Made by a program: the position numbers and the translations under genes. Positions 7,226 to 16,322 of a stretch of DNA of 32,000 nucleotides are shown here, one piece after another. Source of the DNA: Desulfobulbus propionicus DSM 2032 (lineage in GTDB: Bacteria > Desulfobacterota > Desulfobulbia > Desulfobulbales > Desulfobulbaceae); contig NC_014972.1 in NCBI RefSeq assembly GCF_000186885.1, positions 3,360,001 through 3,392,000 of the forward strand, read 5' to 3'. How positions within the stretch are numbered: the stretch's first letter is position 1; the number at the start of each line of letters is the position of its first letter. The notes below the pieces were generated by a model. That model did not search any database. It worked only from the letters and a program-made list of their open reading frames with translations, and had not been told where the DNA came from.

Positions 7226-9997
7226 ATGAGCAAGGTTCGTATTTATGATCTCGCGAAGGAAGCAGGACTCAAAAGCAAGGAACTGGCGGATAAGTTGATC
7301 GCGATGGGCTATCCCATCGCGAGTCATAGTTCAAGTGTAGACGAAGATATGGCTGCGGATATTCGAAAAAAACTGAAAGGCGAAGCTGTGGGCGGAACAG
7401 CGGAAGGGCGCATCGAGCTCAGGAGCCGAGCTGAGCAAGGCGCCGCCAAAACGAAAACCGTTATCCGTCGCCGGTCCAAGGCCGACAAAGAAGAGGCGGC
7501 CAAGCGGCAGGAAGAAGCGGAAGCCCTTGCCCTGGAAGCCGAGATCCAGGCGCTCGAGGCCCGCCTGCAGCAGGAGGAACAAGCGGCCAAGGAGAAGCCC
7601 CAAGAGGCGCCGGCTGTTGAGGAACCGGTCGAGCCACCCGTGGAAGAGCCGCAGGCAGCCAAGTTCGCGGAGATGAACGTCGAGCAGCCGTCAGAACAGG
7701 CACCGCAATCCGAACCTGTCGCCCAGGCGGAAACACCGGACGAGACGTCCGAACCCGCGAAAGTCGAGGCAACGCCCTTTGCCCCCCCGGTGGACGAAGT
7801 GGTTCCGCCACAAGTCATCCAGGCGCAGGAGAAGCCGGCCGACGACGAGAGCAGGAAACCCCGGCAGTTGGCCAAGGTAGTTGGCCGGGTCGTGATCCCG
7901 GTTCCGGAGAAACGAACCAAACCCGTTGCCGGCAAACGTCCGGTTCGCCCGCCGCGGCCGGTTGCCGGGGATGCGCCGACCGAGATTCCCGTTCCCAAAG
8001 AAGACGGACGGGCCGACGTCAAGGGCAAGAAGAAGGGCAAGCGGGTGGTGGCCATTGGCGGCGACGAGGAAGAACTGGGCAGAAAGGGAGCCAAGGCCGG
8101 CAAGAAAGGCGGCAAGGCCCGGGTTGAATTCGCCCCGGACGGCGATGTGGAATTCATGCGTCCCCGTAAAGGGAAGAAGAAAAGGGATGGCCGCAAGGAG
8201 TTGCCCGAGCAGCCGCTGATCGCCGAAACCAAGGCGATCAAGCGCCGAATCAAGGTAGTGGCCACCATCAGCGTGGGCGACTTGGCCAAACGCATGGGGG
8301 TCAAGGCCAGCGAGGTCATCGCCGCCCTGATGCGCCTGGGCGTGCTGGCCACCCTCAACCAGGCCCTGGATGTCGATACCGCGGCCCTGGTAGCCGCGGA
8401 TTTCGGCTACGAGGTCGAACAGGCCATGACCGAGGAGCTAGAGGTTGAGGCTTTGCAGGAACAGGAAGCCGAAATGGGCGGCGAAGCCCTGCCCCGGCCG
8501 CCGGTGGTCACGGTCATGGGCCATGTCGATCACGGCAAGACCTCGATCCTCGATGCCATCCGCAAGACCGATGTGGCCGCGGGCGAGGCGGGCGGCATCA
8601 CCCAGCACATCGGCGCCTACCATGTGCAGGCGCCTTCCGGGGATCTGACCTTTGTCGATACGCCGGGCCATGCGGCCTTCACCGAGATGCGTTCGCGCGG
8701 CGCCAAGGTCACCGACATCGTCGTGCTGGTGGTTGCCGCCGATGACGGGGTCATGGACCAGACCAAGGAAGCCATCGCCCACTCCAAGGCGGCCGAGGTG
8801 CCGATCGTGGTCGCGGTCAACAAGATCGATAAGGACAACGCCGATCCCGACCGGGTCAAACGCGAACTGAGCGATTTCGGCCTCATTCCGGAGGAATGGG
8901 GCGGCCAGACCATCTACTGCCTGACCAGCGCCAAAAAGGGCGTCGGCATCGAGGAACTGCTCGAATCGATCCAGCTTCAGGCCGAAATCCTTGAACTGCG
9001 GGCCGATCCGTCGCGCAAGGCCAAGGGCACGGTCATCGAGGCACAGCTGCACAAGGGACGAGGTCCCGTGGCCACGGTCCTGGTACAGGAAGGGACCCTG
9101 CGCCCCGGCGATCATTTTGTCGCCGGCATCTACAGCGGCAAGGTGCGCATGTTGATCAACGAGCGCGGCGAGCAGGTGCAGGAGGCCGGCCCCTCGATTC
9201 CGGTGGAGGTGCAGGGCTTGTCCGGCGTGCCGCAGGCGGGTGACGAGTTCATCGTCCTCACCGACGAGAAAATGGCCAAGTCCGTGGCCAACGCCCGCCA
9301 ACTCAAAGCCAGGGAAACCGAACTGGCCTCGGCGTCCAAGGTATCGCTCGACAACCTGTTCGAGAAGATGGCCGAGCAAGACGTCAAGGAACTGCGGGTC
9401 ATCCTCCGCGCCGATGTTCAGGGCACGCTCCAGGCCTTTGGCCAGGCGGCGGAAAACCTGTCGACCAAGGCGATCCGGGTGCGTTCCCTCCATGAGGGTA
9501 CCGGCTCGATCACCGAAAACGACATCCATCTGGCTGCGGCCTCGGATGCGATCATTATCGGCTTCAATGTCCGCCCCACGGTCAAGGTGAAGGAACTGGC
9601 CGAACGCGAAGGGGTGGATGTCCGCTCCTACGACGTCATCTACCACGCCCTCGAGGATATCGAGAAGGCCATGGTGGGCATGTTGGAGCCGACCTTCGAG
9701 GAACGGGTCATCGGCACCGCCGATGTACGGGAGACTTTCCAGGTACCCAAGGTCGGGACCATTGCCGGCTGTTCGGTCATCGCCGGCAAGATCGAACGCA
9801 ACGCCCGGGTGCGCGTGCTCCGCGAAGGGGTGGTGATCTACACCGGTCGCATCTCGTCGCTGCGGCGGTTCAAGGATGACGTCAAGGAGGTGCTGACCGG
9901 CTTTGAATGCGGTATCGGGGTCGAGCATTTCAACGACATCAAGATCGGCGACAACCTGGAGGCCTTTGTCCTCGATGAAGTCGAGGCCACCCTGTAA
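7226..9997 (+). CDS. infB: Translation initiation factor IF-2
   Basis: GTPase motifs [14 protein letters not shown] and NKID are present, with C-terminal IF2 domains and a low-complexity Glu/Pro/Ala/Lys-rich N-terminus. I prefer ATG 7226 over the TTG at 7223 because the SD GGGAG lies 6 nt upstream. Confidence 0.97.
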   Translation: MSKVRIYDLAKEAGLKSKELADKLIAMGYPIASHSSSVDEDMAADIRKKLKGEAVGGTAEGRIELRSRAEQGAAKTKTVIRRRSKADKEEAAKRQEEAEALALEAEIQALEARLQQEEQAAKEKPQEAPAVEEPVEPPVEEPQAAKFAEMNVEQPSEQAPQSEPVAQAETPDETSEPAKVEATPFAPPVDEVVPPQVIQAQEKPADDESRKPRQLAKVVGRVVIPVPEKRTKPVAGKRPVRPPRPVAGDAPTEIPVPKEDGRADVKGKKKGKRVVAIGGDEEELGRKGAKAGKKGGKARVEFAPDGDVEFMRPRKGKKKRDGRKELPEQPLIAETKAIKRRIKVVATISVGDLAKRMGVKASEVIAALMRLGVLATLNQALDVDTAALVAADFGYEVEQAMTEELEVEALQEQEAEMGGEALPRPPVVTVMGHVDHGKTSILDAIRKTDVAAGEAGGITQHIGAYHVQAPSGDLTFVDTPGHAAFTEMRSRGAKVTDIVVLVVAADDGVMDQTKEAIAHSKAAEVPIVVAVNKIDKDNADPDRVKRELSDFGLIPEEWGGQTIYCLTSAKKGVGIEELLESIQLQAEILELRADPSRKAKGTVIEAQLHKGRGPVATVLVQEGTLRPGDHFVAGIYSGKVRMLINERGEQVQEAGPSIPVEVQGLSGVPQAGDEFIVLTDEKMAKSVANARQLKARETELASASKVSLDNLFEKMAEQDVKELRVILRADVQGTLQAFGQAAENLSTKAIRVRSLHEGTGSITENDIHLAAASDAIIIGFNVRPTVKVKELAEREGVDVRSYDVIYHALEDIEKAMVGMLEPTFEERVIGTADVRETFQVPKVGTIAGCSVIAGKIERNARVRVLREGVVIYTGRISSLRRFKDDVKEVLTGFECGIGVEHFNDIKIGDNLEAFVLDEVEATL

Positions 9998-10008
9998 GCG
10001 GTTGGATC

Positions 10009-10410
10009 ATGTCCATGGATTTCGATTTCAAGCTTCCCGGACTGGGCCGGCCGGAAAGTTCCCGGCCCAAGCGGGTGGCCGAGGCGATCAAGAACGAGTT
10101 GACCATCCTGTTGCTGCAGCAGGTGGCCGATCCACGGCTTTCCGGGGTCCTGGTTTCCCGGGTGGTGGTGACACCTGATCTCAAGCAGGCCAAGGTCTAT
10201 TTCACCGTCCCGGCCGGCAAGGACAGTGGTCCGGCGCTCAAGGGCATGCATCGCGCCAAGGGATTCTTCCGCAGCCACCTGGCCAAGACCCTCAACCTGC
10301 GCTATACTCCCGAGCTGCTCTTTTATTACGACAACCTCAACGAAGAGGCGGAACGGATCGACAGCCTGTTCCGCCAGATCGAGGACGAACGAAAGCATGA
10401 GCAGTCCTGA
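10009..10410 (+). CDS. rbfA: Ribosome-binding factor A
   Basis: KRVAEAIKNELTILLLQQVADPRLSGVLVSRVVVTPDLKQAKVYF is typical of RbfA, and the gene follows infB. Confidence 0.95.
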   Translation: MSMDFDFKLPGLGRPESSRPKRVAEAIKNELTILLLQQVADPRLSGVLVSRVVVTPDLKQAKVYFTVPAGKDSGPALKGMHRAKGFFRSHLAKTLNLRYTPELLFYYDNLNEEAERIDSLFRQIEDERKHEQS

Positions 10411-11389
10411 CCCGTCTATTGTCGCGACTGTCCGCAGCAAGGGACATGTCCTGCTCGCCACCCACTTCAATCCCGACGGCGACGCCCTAGGCTCGCTGCT
10501 CGGTCTGGCCGATGTCCTGGAAGGATTGGGCAAGCGGGTGTTGCGTTACCTCGAGGAACCGGTGTCCCACCTCTACCGTTTTCTTCCCGGCTGCGGCCAA
10601 ATTCAAACCGACATGGCCAAGGTCAAGGAGTTTGCCGCCATGGCCGGTGACGACCTGCTCACCATTTGCCTGGACTGCGGCGAGGAAAAACGGTTGGGCC
10701 GCCATCATGGGGAGTTGACCGCCTGCCGGCCCCTGATCGTGATCGATCATCACCAGGGCAACAACGGCTTTGGGGACGGGGCATGGATCGAGCCGCATCG
10801 TTCCTCCACCGGCGAGATGATCTTTGACCTGGCCATGGCCCTGGGCGCGGAGGTATCCGCCAGGGCGGCCGAGTGCCTGTATGCGGCCATCAACACCGAT
10901 ACCGGCTCGTTCCGCTACGAATCCACCAGCAGCCACACCTTTGCGGTGGCCAGCGAACTGGTGCGGCGCGGTGTGCGGCCGGAAACCGTCGCCACCAATT
11001 TGTACGACAACTACACCCTGGGTCGGTTGCGGTTGATGCAGGAGGTGCTGGCCACCTTGGAGATGCATGAGCGCGATCGCATCGCCATCATCCGAGTGAC
11101 CCAGAAGATGCTGGAACGCACCTACACCACCATGCTTGACACCGAATATTTCATCAATTTTCCCCGAGCAGTCACTTCGGTGCGGGTCGCGGTGTTTCTC
11201 AAGGAAATCGAACCGAACCATGTGTCCGTCAGTCTCCGGGCCAAGGGTCAGTGCGACGTGGCGGTGATTGCCAATCATTTCGGCGGTGGCGGCCACCGCA
11301 ATGCCAGCGGCTTCCGTGTCAAGGGCCAGAACTTGGATGCGGTGCGCGACGCCCTGCTGCCGCTGCTTTGCCGAGAGATGCAGATCTGA
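10397..11389 (+). CDS. nrnA: Stand-alone DHH/DHHA1 phosphoesterase (NrnA/CnpB-like nanoRNase / pAp phosphatase)
   Basis: Motifs HFNPDGDALGS, IVIDHHQGN, INTDTGSF and GGGGHRNASGF are present. ATG 10397 overlaps the rbfA stop by 14 nt. The gene lies between rbfA and truB. Confidence 0.85.
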   Translation: MSSPDPSIVATVRSKGHVLLATHFNPDGDALGSLLGLADVLEGLGKRVLRYLEEPVSHLYRFLPGCGQIQTDMAKVKEFAAMAGDDLLTICLDCGEEKRLGRHHGELTACRPLIVIDHHQGNNGFGDGAWIEPHRSSTGEMIFDLAMALGAEVSARAAECLYAAINTDTGSFRYESTSSHTFAVASELVRRGVRPETVATNLYDNYTLGRLRLMQEVLATLEMHERDRIAIIRVTQKMLERTYTTMLDTEYFINFPRAVTSVRVAVFLKEIEPNHVSVSLRAKGQCDVAVIANHFGGGGHRNASGFRVKGQNLDAVRDALLPLLCREMQI

Positions 11390-11392
11390 TCC

Positions 11393-12160
11393 ATGGGGCG
11401 TTCACCTTCGGTTGGTTGTCACGACCTGCCATGGAGCGACGGGGTCTTTTTTGTGGACAAACCCGCAGGCCTCACCTCCTTCGCCATAGTCCGCCGCATT
11501 CGCTGGCTGCTCGGCATCAAAAAGGTCGGCCATGCCGGCACCCTTGATCCTTTTGCCACCGGCCTGTTGATTGTTTGTGTGGGCCGCCCCGCCACCCGCT
11601 GCATCGATTCGTTCATGGGAGGGCGAAAAACCTATCAGGCCCGGTTACAGTTGGGCGTGGAAACCGAGACCCAGGATCCAGAAGGCGCGATCACCCGTAC
11701 CGCGCCGGTGCCGGAATGGGATCGACCGAGCCTGGTCGCCTGCCTGCGACAACACGTCGGTCCGCAACTGCAGGCACCGCCTCCCTATTCGGCGGCCAAG
11801 CACAAGGGCAAACCCCTCTATGCCTATGCCCGCCAGGGAGTGCGTATCGAGAAGGAAGCGAAGCCGATCGAAATTCTTTCCCTGACCCTTGACCACTACG
11901 ACGCCCAACTCCATCAGCTCGATCTGACAGTCACCTGCAGCCCAGGTACCTATGTGCGGGTACTGGCGGCCGACATTGGCAGGTCGCTTGGCTGTGGGGC
12001 CCATCTGATCGGCCTTCGTCGGACAGCCAGCGGCCCGTTTGTGGTGGGCGATTCCCTGTCCGGGGCAGAGCTGTTTACCGAGGAGGGATTGGCGGTGCTG
12101 CAGGCTGCCCGGCGCGGCATCGAGGAGACGGTTGACATCGTTGCCCCCAGGGCTATTTAA
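11393..12160 (+). CDS. truB: tRNA pseudouridine(55) synthase TruB
   Basis: VDKPAGLTSFAIVRRIRWLLGIKKVGHAGTLDPFATGLLIVCVG contains the catalytic Asp motif. The operon position is conserved. At 255 aa it is shorter than the E. coli enzyme. Confidence 0.95.
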   Translation: MGRSPSVGCHDLPWSDGVFFVDKPAGLTSFAIVRRIRWLLGIKKVGHAGTLDPFATGLLIVCVGRPATRCIDSFMGGRKTYQARLQLGVETETQDPEGAITRTAPVPEWDRPSLVACLRQHVGPQLQAPPPYSAAKHKGKPLYAYARQGVRIEKEAKPIEILSLTLDHYDAQLHQLDLTVTCSPGTYVRVLAADIGRSLGCGAHLIGLRRTASGPFVVGDSLSGAELFTEEGLAVLQAARRGIEETVDIVAPRAI

Positions 12161-12313
12161 GCTTGCCATGGTCAATTGCCGTCGAGTATAGAAGTGAAAG
12201 TCGTTCCCCTGCGTCGTCCCTCTGACGCGGGATAAGGGACAATTGAATCCAGACTCCAGAGAGGCTGAGGGATGTGCTTTTCTGGCAGCAGAAGGACTAT
12301 GTGGAGGTGCGCC

Positions 12314-12583
12314 ATGGCGCAGACAACAGAAAAGAAAAAGGAAATCATCGAAAAATTCAAAACCCATGAGACCGACACCGGTTCCTGCGAGGTGCAAATT
12401 GCCCTCTTGACCGAGCGTATTCTCTATCTCACCGAGCATTTCAAGACCCATGCCAAGGATCACCATTCCCGTCGCGGTCTGTTGAAGCTCGTTGGCCAGC
12501 GGCGTAACCTGCTCAAGTATCTGCAGAAAAAGGATGTGACCAAGTACCGGACACTGATCCAGCAGTTGGGTATCCGCAAGTAA
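12314..12583 (+). CDS. rpsO: 30S ribosomal protein S15
   Basis: The sequence [57 protein letters not shown].. matches S15. A GGAGG SD lies upstream of ATG 12314, giving 89 aa. Confidence 0.97.
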   Translation: MAQTTEKKKEIIEKFKTHETDTGSCEVQIALLTERILYLTEHFKTHAKDHHSRRGLLKLVGQRRNLLKYLQKKDVTKYRTLIQQLGIRK

Positions 12584-12595
12584 AAAATCGTTTTC

Positions 12596-12629
12596 GGGTG
12601 GCGGACAGCCTGTCCGCCACCCGCTTTTT
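12596..12629 (+). terminator. rpsO terminator hairpin
   Basis: GGGTGGCGGACAG / CTGTCCGCCACCC is a near-perfect palindrome followed by GCTTTTT. Confidence 0.8.
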
Positions 12630-12662
12630 CCCACGATGTGGCTGCACTGCGGCAGCGGGAAA

Positions 12663-12741
12663 GTCATAAAGACACAAAGGACACAGAGAGAATTTTGGCA
12701 AAGGGTGGAGATTGTCGCTGCATCCTTTGTGCCTTTGTGAC
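12663..12741 (+). promoter_or_regulatory. Long hairpin in the pnp 5' leader (candidate RNase III / autoregulation site)
   Basis: The arm at 12663-12681 (GTCATAAAGACACAAAGGA) pairs with 12723-12741 (TCCTTTGTGCCTTTGTGAC). That gives 17 Watson-Crick pairs, 1 G-U and 1 mismatch, with a 41-nt loop. It lies 72 nt upstream of the pnp ATG. Confidence 0.55.
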
Positions 12742-12812
12742 GGAATTGAGCCGCACCGGTCCCATCGCTTCCCCTCAATGCACATTCCGGAATGACCGGA
12801 ACAGGAGTATTC

Positions 12813-14900
12813 ATGATCCATACAGTTGAAACAGAAATCGGCGGACGAACCATCGCCTTTGAAACGGGCAAGATGGCCAAGCAGGCCAATGGCTCGGTGG
12901 TGGTATCCAGCGGCGACACCAAGGTACTGGTCACGGTGGTGGCCGAAAGCGAATCCAAGGACATGGGCTTCCTGCCCCTGACCATCGAATACCAGGAGCG
13001 CATGTATGCCGCCGGTCGTATCCCCGGCAGCTATTTCCGGCGGGAGATCGGCCGTCCGAGTGAAAAGGAGGTTTTGACCTGCCGCTTGATCGACCGCCCC
13101 CTGCGGCCGCTCTTTCCCGACGGGTATTCCTGCGAGACCCAGCTGATCGCCACCGTCTTTTCGGCCGATCAGGAGTTTGATCCCGACATCCTGGCCATGA
13201 ACGGCGCCTCCATGGCCCTGATGCTGTCCGACATCCCCTTTGCCGGTCCGGTGGCCGCGGCCCGGGTGGGCTATGTCGACGGCCAATACGTGCTCAATCC
13301 GAGCAAGAAGCAGTTGGAGAAATCGCAGATCAACCTGGTGGTGGCCGGTACCCGCTCAGCCGTGGTCATGGTCGAGGGCAAGGCCTCAGAGATGGCCGAA
13401 GACACGGTGCTCGAAGCCATCTTCTTCGCCCATGCCGGTATCCAGCCGCTGATCGATCTTCAAATCAATCTCCGCGAGCAGGCCGGCAAGGCCAAACGCG
13501 AGGTGGTGGCGCCGACCGTCAATCAGGCCCTCAAGGAGAAGGTCGAGGCCGTCGCCGCCAGTGGCATGGACGAGGTGGTGACCACCGCCGAGAAGATGGC
13601 CCGCGCCGCGCGCTATTCCAAGCTGAAAGAAGAGGTCCTGGCCCAGATCGATCCCGAGCTGTACCAGCAGCCCTCGGAGGTCACAGAACTGCTGAGCGGC
13701 TACAAGAAACAGGTGATGCGCGATCGCATTGTCGGCAAGGGCATGCGTCTGGACGGTCGCTCCTTTGAGGATGTGCGACCGATCAGCTGCGAAGTCGGCA
13801 TCCTGCCTCGGGCCCACGGCTCGGCCCTGTTCACCCGTGGCGAAACCCAGGCCCTGGTCATCTGCACCCTGGGCAGCGAACGCGACGAGCAGCACCTGGA
13901 GGGTTTGGGAGGCGACGTCTACCGCCGCTTCATGCTCCATTACAACTTCCCGCCCTTCTGCGTCGGCGAAGTCCGTCCGTTGCGTGGTCCAAGCCGTCGG
14001 GATATCGGGCACGGGACCCTGGCCCGGCGTGGCATCGAGGCGGTGCTGCCAGCCAACGACAGTTTCCCCTACACCCTGCGGGTGGTCTCCGAGGTGTTGG
14101 AGTCCAACGGTTCATCCTCCATGGCCACCGTCTGCGGCGGCAGCCTGGCCCTGATGGACGCCGGCGTGCCGGTCAAGGCGCCGGTTTCCGGTGTGGCCAT
14201 GGGCTTGATCAAGGAAGGCGACCAGGTGGTGGTGCTGACCGATATTCTCGGCGATGAGGATCATCTGGGCGACATGGACTTCAAGGTGGTCGGCACCCGT
14301 CAGGGTATCACCGGCCTGCAGATGGACATCAAGATCGAGGGTGTGGACCGCGGGATCATGAACCAAGCCCTGGCCCAGGCCAAGAAAGGCAGAATCCACA
14401 TCCTGGAGAAGATGGAGGGAGCCCTCAGCTCGCCGCGTACCGTGGTGTCCGAGCATGCGCCCAAGTATGTGACCCTCAAGATCCACCCGGACAAAATTCG
14501 TGACATCATCGGCCCCGGCGGCAAGGTGATCCGCGAGATGACCACCGAATTCGACTCCAAGATCGATGTCGAGGACGACGGCACGGTCAAAATCTTCAGC
14601 AACAGCAGCGAATCGGCCAATGCCCTGATCAAGCGCATTCAGCAGATTACCGCCGTGCCCGAGGTCGGCGCGATCTACGAGGGCGAGGTGCGCACCATCA
14701 AGGAATTCGGCGCCTTTGTCCAGATCCTGCCCGGGACCGACGGCATGGTCCACATCTCCGAACTGGCCAACGACCGGGTCAAGAAGGTTACCGACGTGGT
14801 CAAGGAAGGGGATATCATCAAGGTCAAGGTGATCGATATCGACAACCGCGGCCGTATTCGCCTGAGCCGCAAGGCCGCTCTGGCAGAAGGCGAGGAATAA
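12813..14900 (+). CDS. pnp: Polyribonucleotide nucleotidyltransferase (PNPase)
   Basis: Two RNase PH-like halves, a KH domain (IRDIIGPGGKVIREM) and an S1 domain (GAIYEGEVRTIKEFGAFVQILPGTDGMVHISEL) are present. The start is at ATG 12813 with an AGGAG SD at 12803-12807. Confidence 0.97.
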   Translation: MIHTVETEIGGRTIAFETGKMAKQANGSVVVSSGDTKVLVTVVAESESKDMGFLPLTIEYQERMYAAGRIPGSYFRREIGRPSEKEVLTCRLIDRPLRPLFPDGYSCETQLIATVFSADQEFDPDILAMNGASMALMLSDIPFAGPVAAARVGYVDGQYVLNPSKKQLEKSQINLVVAGTRSAVVMVEGKASEMAEDTVLEAIFFAHAGIQPLIDLQINLREQAGKAKREVVAPTVNQALKEKVEAVAASGMDEVVTTAEKMARAARYSKLKEEVLAQIDPELYQQPSEVTELLSGYKKQVMRDRIVGKGMRLDGRSFEDVRPISCEVGILPRAHGSALFTRGETQALVICTLGSERDEQHLEGLGGDVYRRFMLHYNFPPFCVGEVRPLRGPSRRDIGHGTLARRGIEAVLPANDSFPYTLRVVSEVLESNGSSSMATVCGGSLALMDAGVPVKAPVSGVAMGLIKEGDQVVVLTDILGDEDHLGDMDFKVVGTRQGITGLQMDIKIEGVDRGIMNQALAQAKKGRIHILEKMEGALSSPRTVVSEHAPKYVTLKIHPDKIRDIIGPGGKVIREMTTEFDSKIDVEDDGTVKIFSNSSESANALIKRIQQITAVPEVGAIYEGEVRTIKEFGAFVQILPGTDGMVHISELANDRVKKVTDVVKEGDIIKVKVIDIDNRGRIRLSRKAALAEGEE

Positions 14901-14930
14901 TTCGACCAGGCGTGATGGCCTGATGTGCGA

Positions 14931-14966
14931 GCCGGTTGCCGTGCAAGCGGCGCCGGCTTTTTTTTT
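14931..14966 (+). terminator. pnp terminator
   Basis: A GC-rich hairpin (GCCGG...CCGGC, 14931-14957) is followed by T9 (14958-14966). Confidence 0.85.
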
Positions 14967-14980
14967 GCAGAGGATGAAAG

Positions 14981-15499
14981 GTGCAGAGGATGGAACACAT
15001 ACTGCCGGCAACGATCCGCGTTGCCTTTACCTGGCTGCATCCGGAGCGGACGGCAGGGCTGACACTCCCCGCCTATGAAAGCGAATTGGCGGCCGGCATG
15101 GATGTGGGAGCCGCGATCGATCAGCCGATGGTGCTGCAACCGGGCGACATCGGCCTGGTGCCCTGCGGCTTTGCCGTGGCCATTCCGCCAGGCTACGAGA
15201 TCCAGGTCCGTCCGCGCTCGGGATTGGCGGTCAAGCATGGCATCACCGTGGTCAATGCCCCTGGAACCATCGATGCCGACTATCGGGGCGAGGTCAAGGT
15301 CGGCCTGATCAACTTGGGCCAACACCCCTACACGGTGCGGCGGGGGGATCGAATCGCCCAGCTGATCCTGGCACCGGTGGCGCGGACCGAGTGGCGGCTG
15401 GTAACGGCGCTTGACCAGACAACCCGTGGCTGCGGCGGATTCGGCCATACAGGTGTGCAGGGCACTGATCGTTCTCACTCTGGCCAGGACGACCGGTGA
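14981..15499 (+). CDS. dut: dUTP diphosphatase
   Basis: Dut motifs [36 protein letters not shown] and [10 protein letters not shown] are present. The start is GTG 14981 or ATG 14990, and I cannot decide between them. Confidence 0.93.
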   Translation: MQRMEHILPATIRVAFTWLHPERTAGLTLPAYESELAAGMDVGAAIDQPMVLQPGDIGLVPCGFAVAIPPGYEIQVRPRSGLAVKHGITVVNAPGTIDADYRGEVKVGLINLGQHPYTVRRGDRIAQLILAPVARTEWRLVTALDQTTRGCGGFGHTGVQGTDRSHSGQDDR

Positions 15500-16269
15500 G
15501 ATTTTCCGTCCTTGGCAGCGGCAGCAAGGGGAACTGCACCTTGGTCGAGGCCGGCACGACCCGGTTGCTGATCGACAACGGCTTCTCCGGCAAGGAACTG
15601 ATTGCCCGCCTGCACAGCATCGATGTGCGGCCGGAAACCCTCACTGCCATCGTGGTCACCCACGAGCATGACGACCATGTCAAGGGGATCGGCGTGGTAT
15701 CCCGCCGGTTCAACCTGCCGGTCTACGCCAATGCCGCCACGCACCGCGCCGCGGAACAACGTGTCGGCCAGGTGCGCGAACGGCATGAATTCGGCACCGG
15801 CGAATCCTTCACGATCAATGACCTCCATATCCACCCCTTTGCCGTGTCCCACGACACCGCCGATCCGGTGGGCTTTGTGGTCAGCGACGGGCGGAGCGCC
15901 CTCGGCTATTGCACCGACACTGGAACCATCACACGGCTGATCCGCCATCACCTGCGCAACTGCCGGGCCCTGGTCCTTGAAGCCAACCATGACCTGCAGA
16001 TGCTCCAACAGGGCCCCTATCCCTTTCCCCTCAAACAGCGGGTCCTGTCCATACAGGGACATCTGGCCAACAACGATTCGCTGGAGTTTGCCGGCTGCTT
16101 GATCAATGAACGGTTGCGCGCCCTGGTCCTTGCCCACCTCAGCGAAATCAATAACGACCCGAATCTGGTGCGTGCCGAGGCACGTCGCCGCCTGCCCACC
16201 GGGGAAGGGGTTCAGGTGTTCGTGGCCGAGCAGTGGCGGGCCGGCCCCGTGCTGGAGATCGAACCATAA
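15496..16269 (+). CDS. MBL-fold metallo-hydrolase
   Basis: The HxHxDH motif ([12 protein letters not shown]) and later His/Asp ligands (CTDTG, EANHD, HLSEIN) are present. The GTG start overlaps the dut stop (GTGA). Confidence 0.85.
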   Translation: MRFSVLGSGSKGNCTLVEAGTTRLLIDNGFSGKELIARLHSIDVRPETLTAIVVTHEHDDHVKGIGVVSRRFNLPVYANAATHRAAEQRVGQVRERHEFGTGESFTINDLHIHPFAVSHDTADPVGFVVSDGRSALGYCTDTGTITRLIRHHLRNCRALVLEANHDLQMLQQGPYPFPLKQRVLSIQGHLANNDSLEFAGCLINERLRALVLAHLSEINNDPNLVRAEARRRLPTGEGVQVFVAEQWRAGPVLEIEP

Positions 16270-16322
16270 GCGCTGTCGGTCGCTGTTCCGCCTTTGCCGC
16301 CCCATAACCGGAGGTTGCCTTC

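Noticed and set aside
8438-9928. 496-aa ORF on the minus strand, and the 344-aa Ser/Ala-rich ORF at 7324..8358
   Set aside because: Both are antisense to infB, whose GTPase motifs are unambiguous. They are shadow ORFs.
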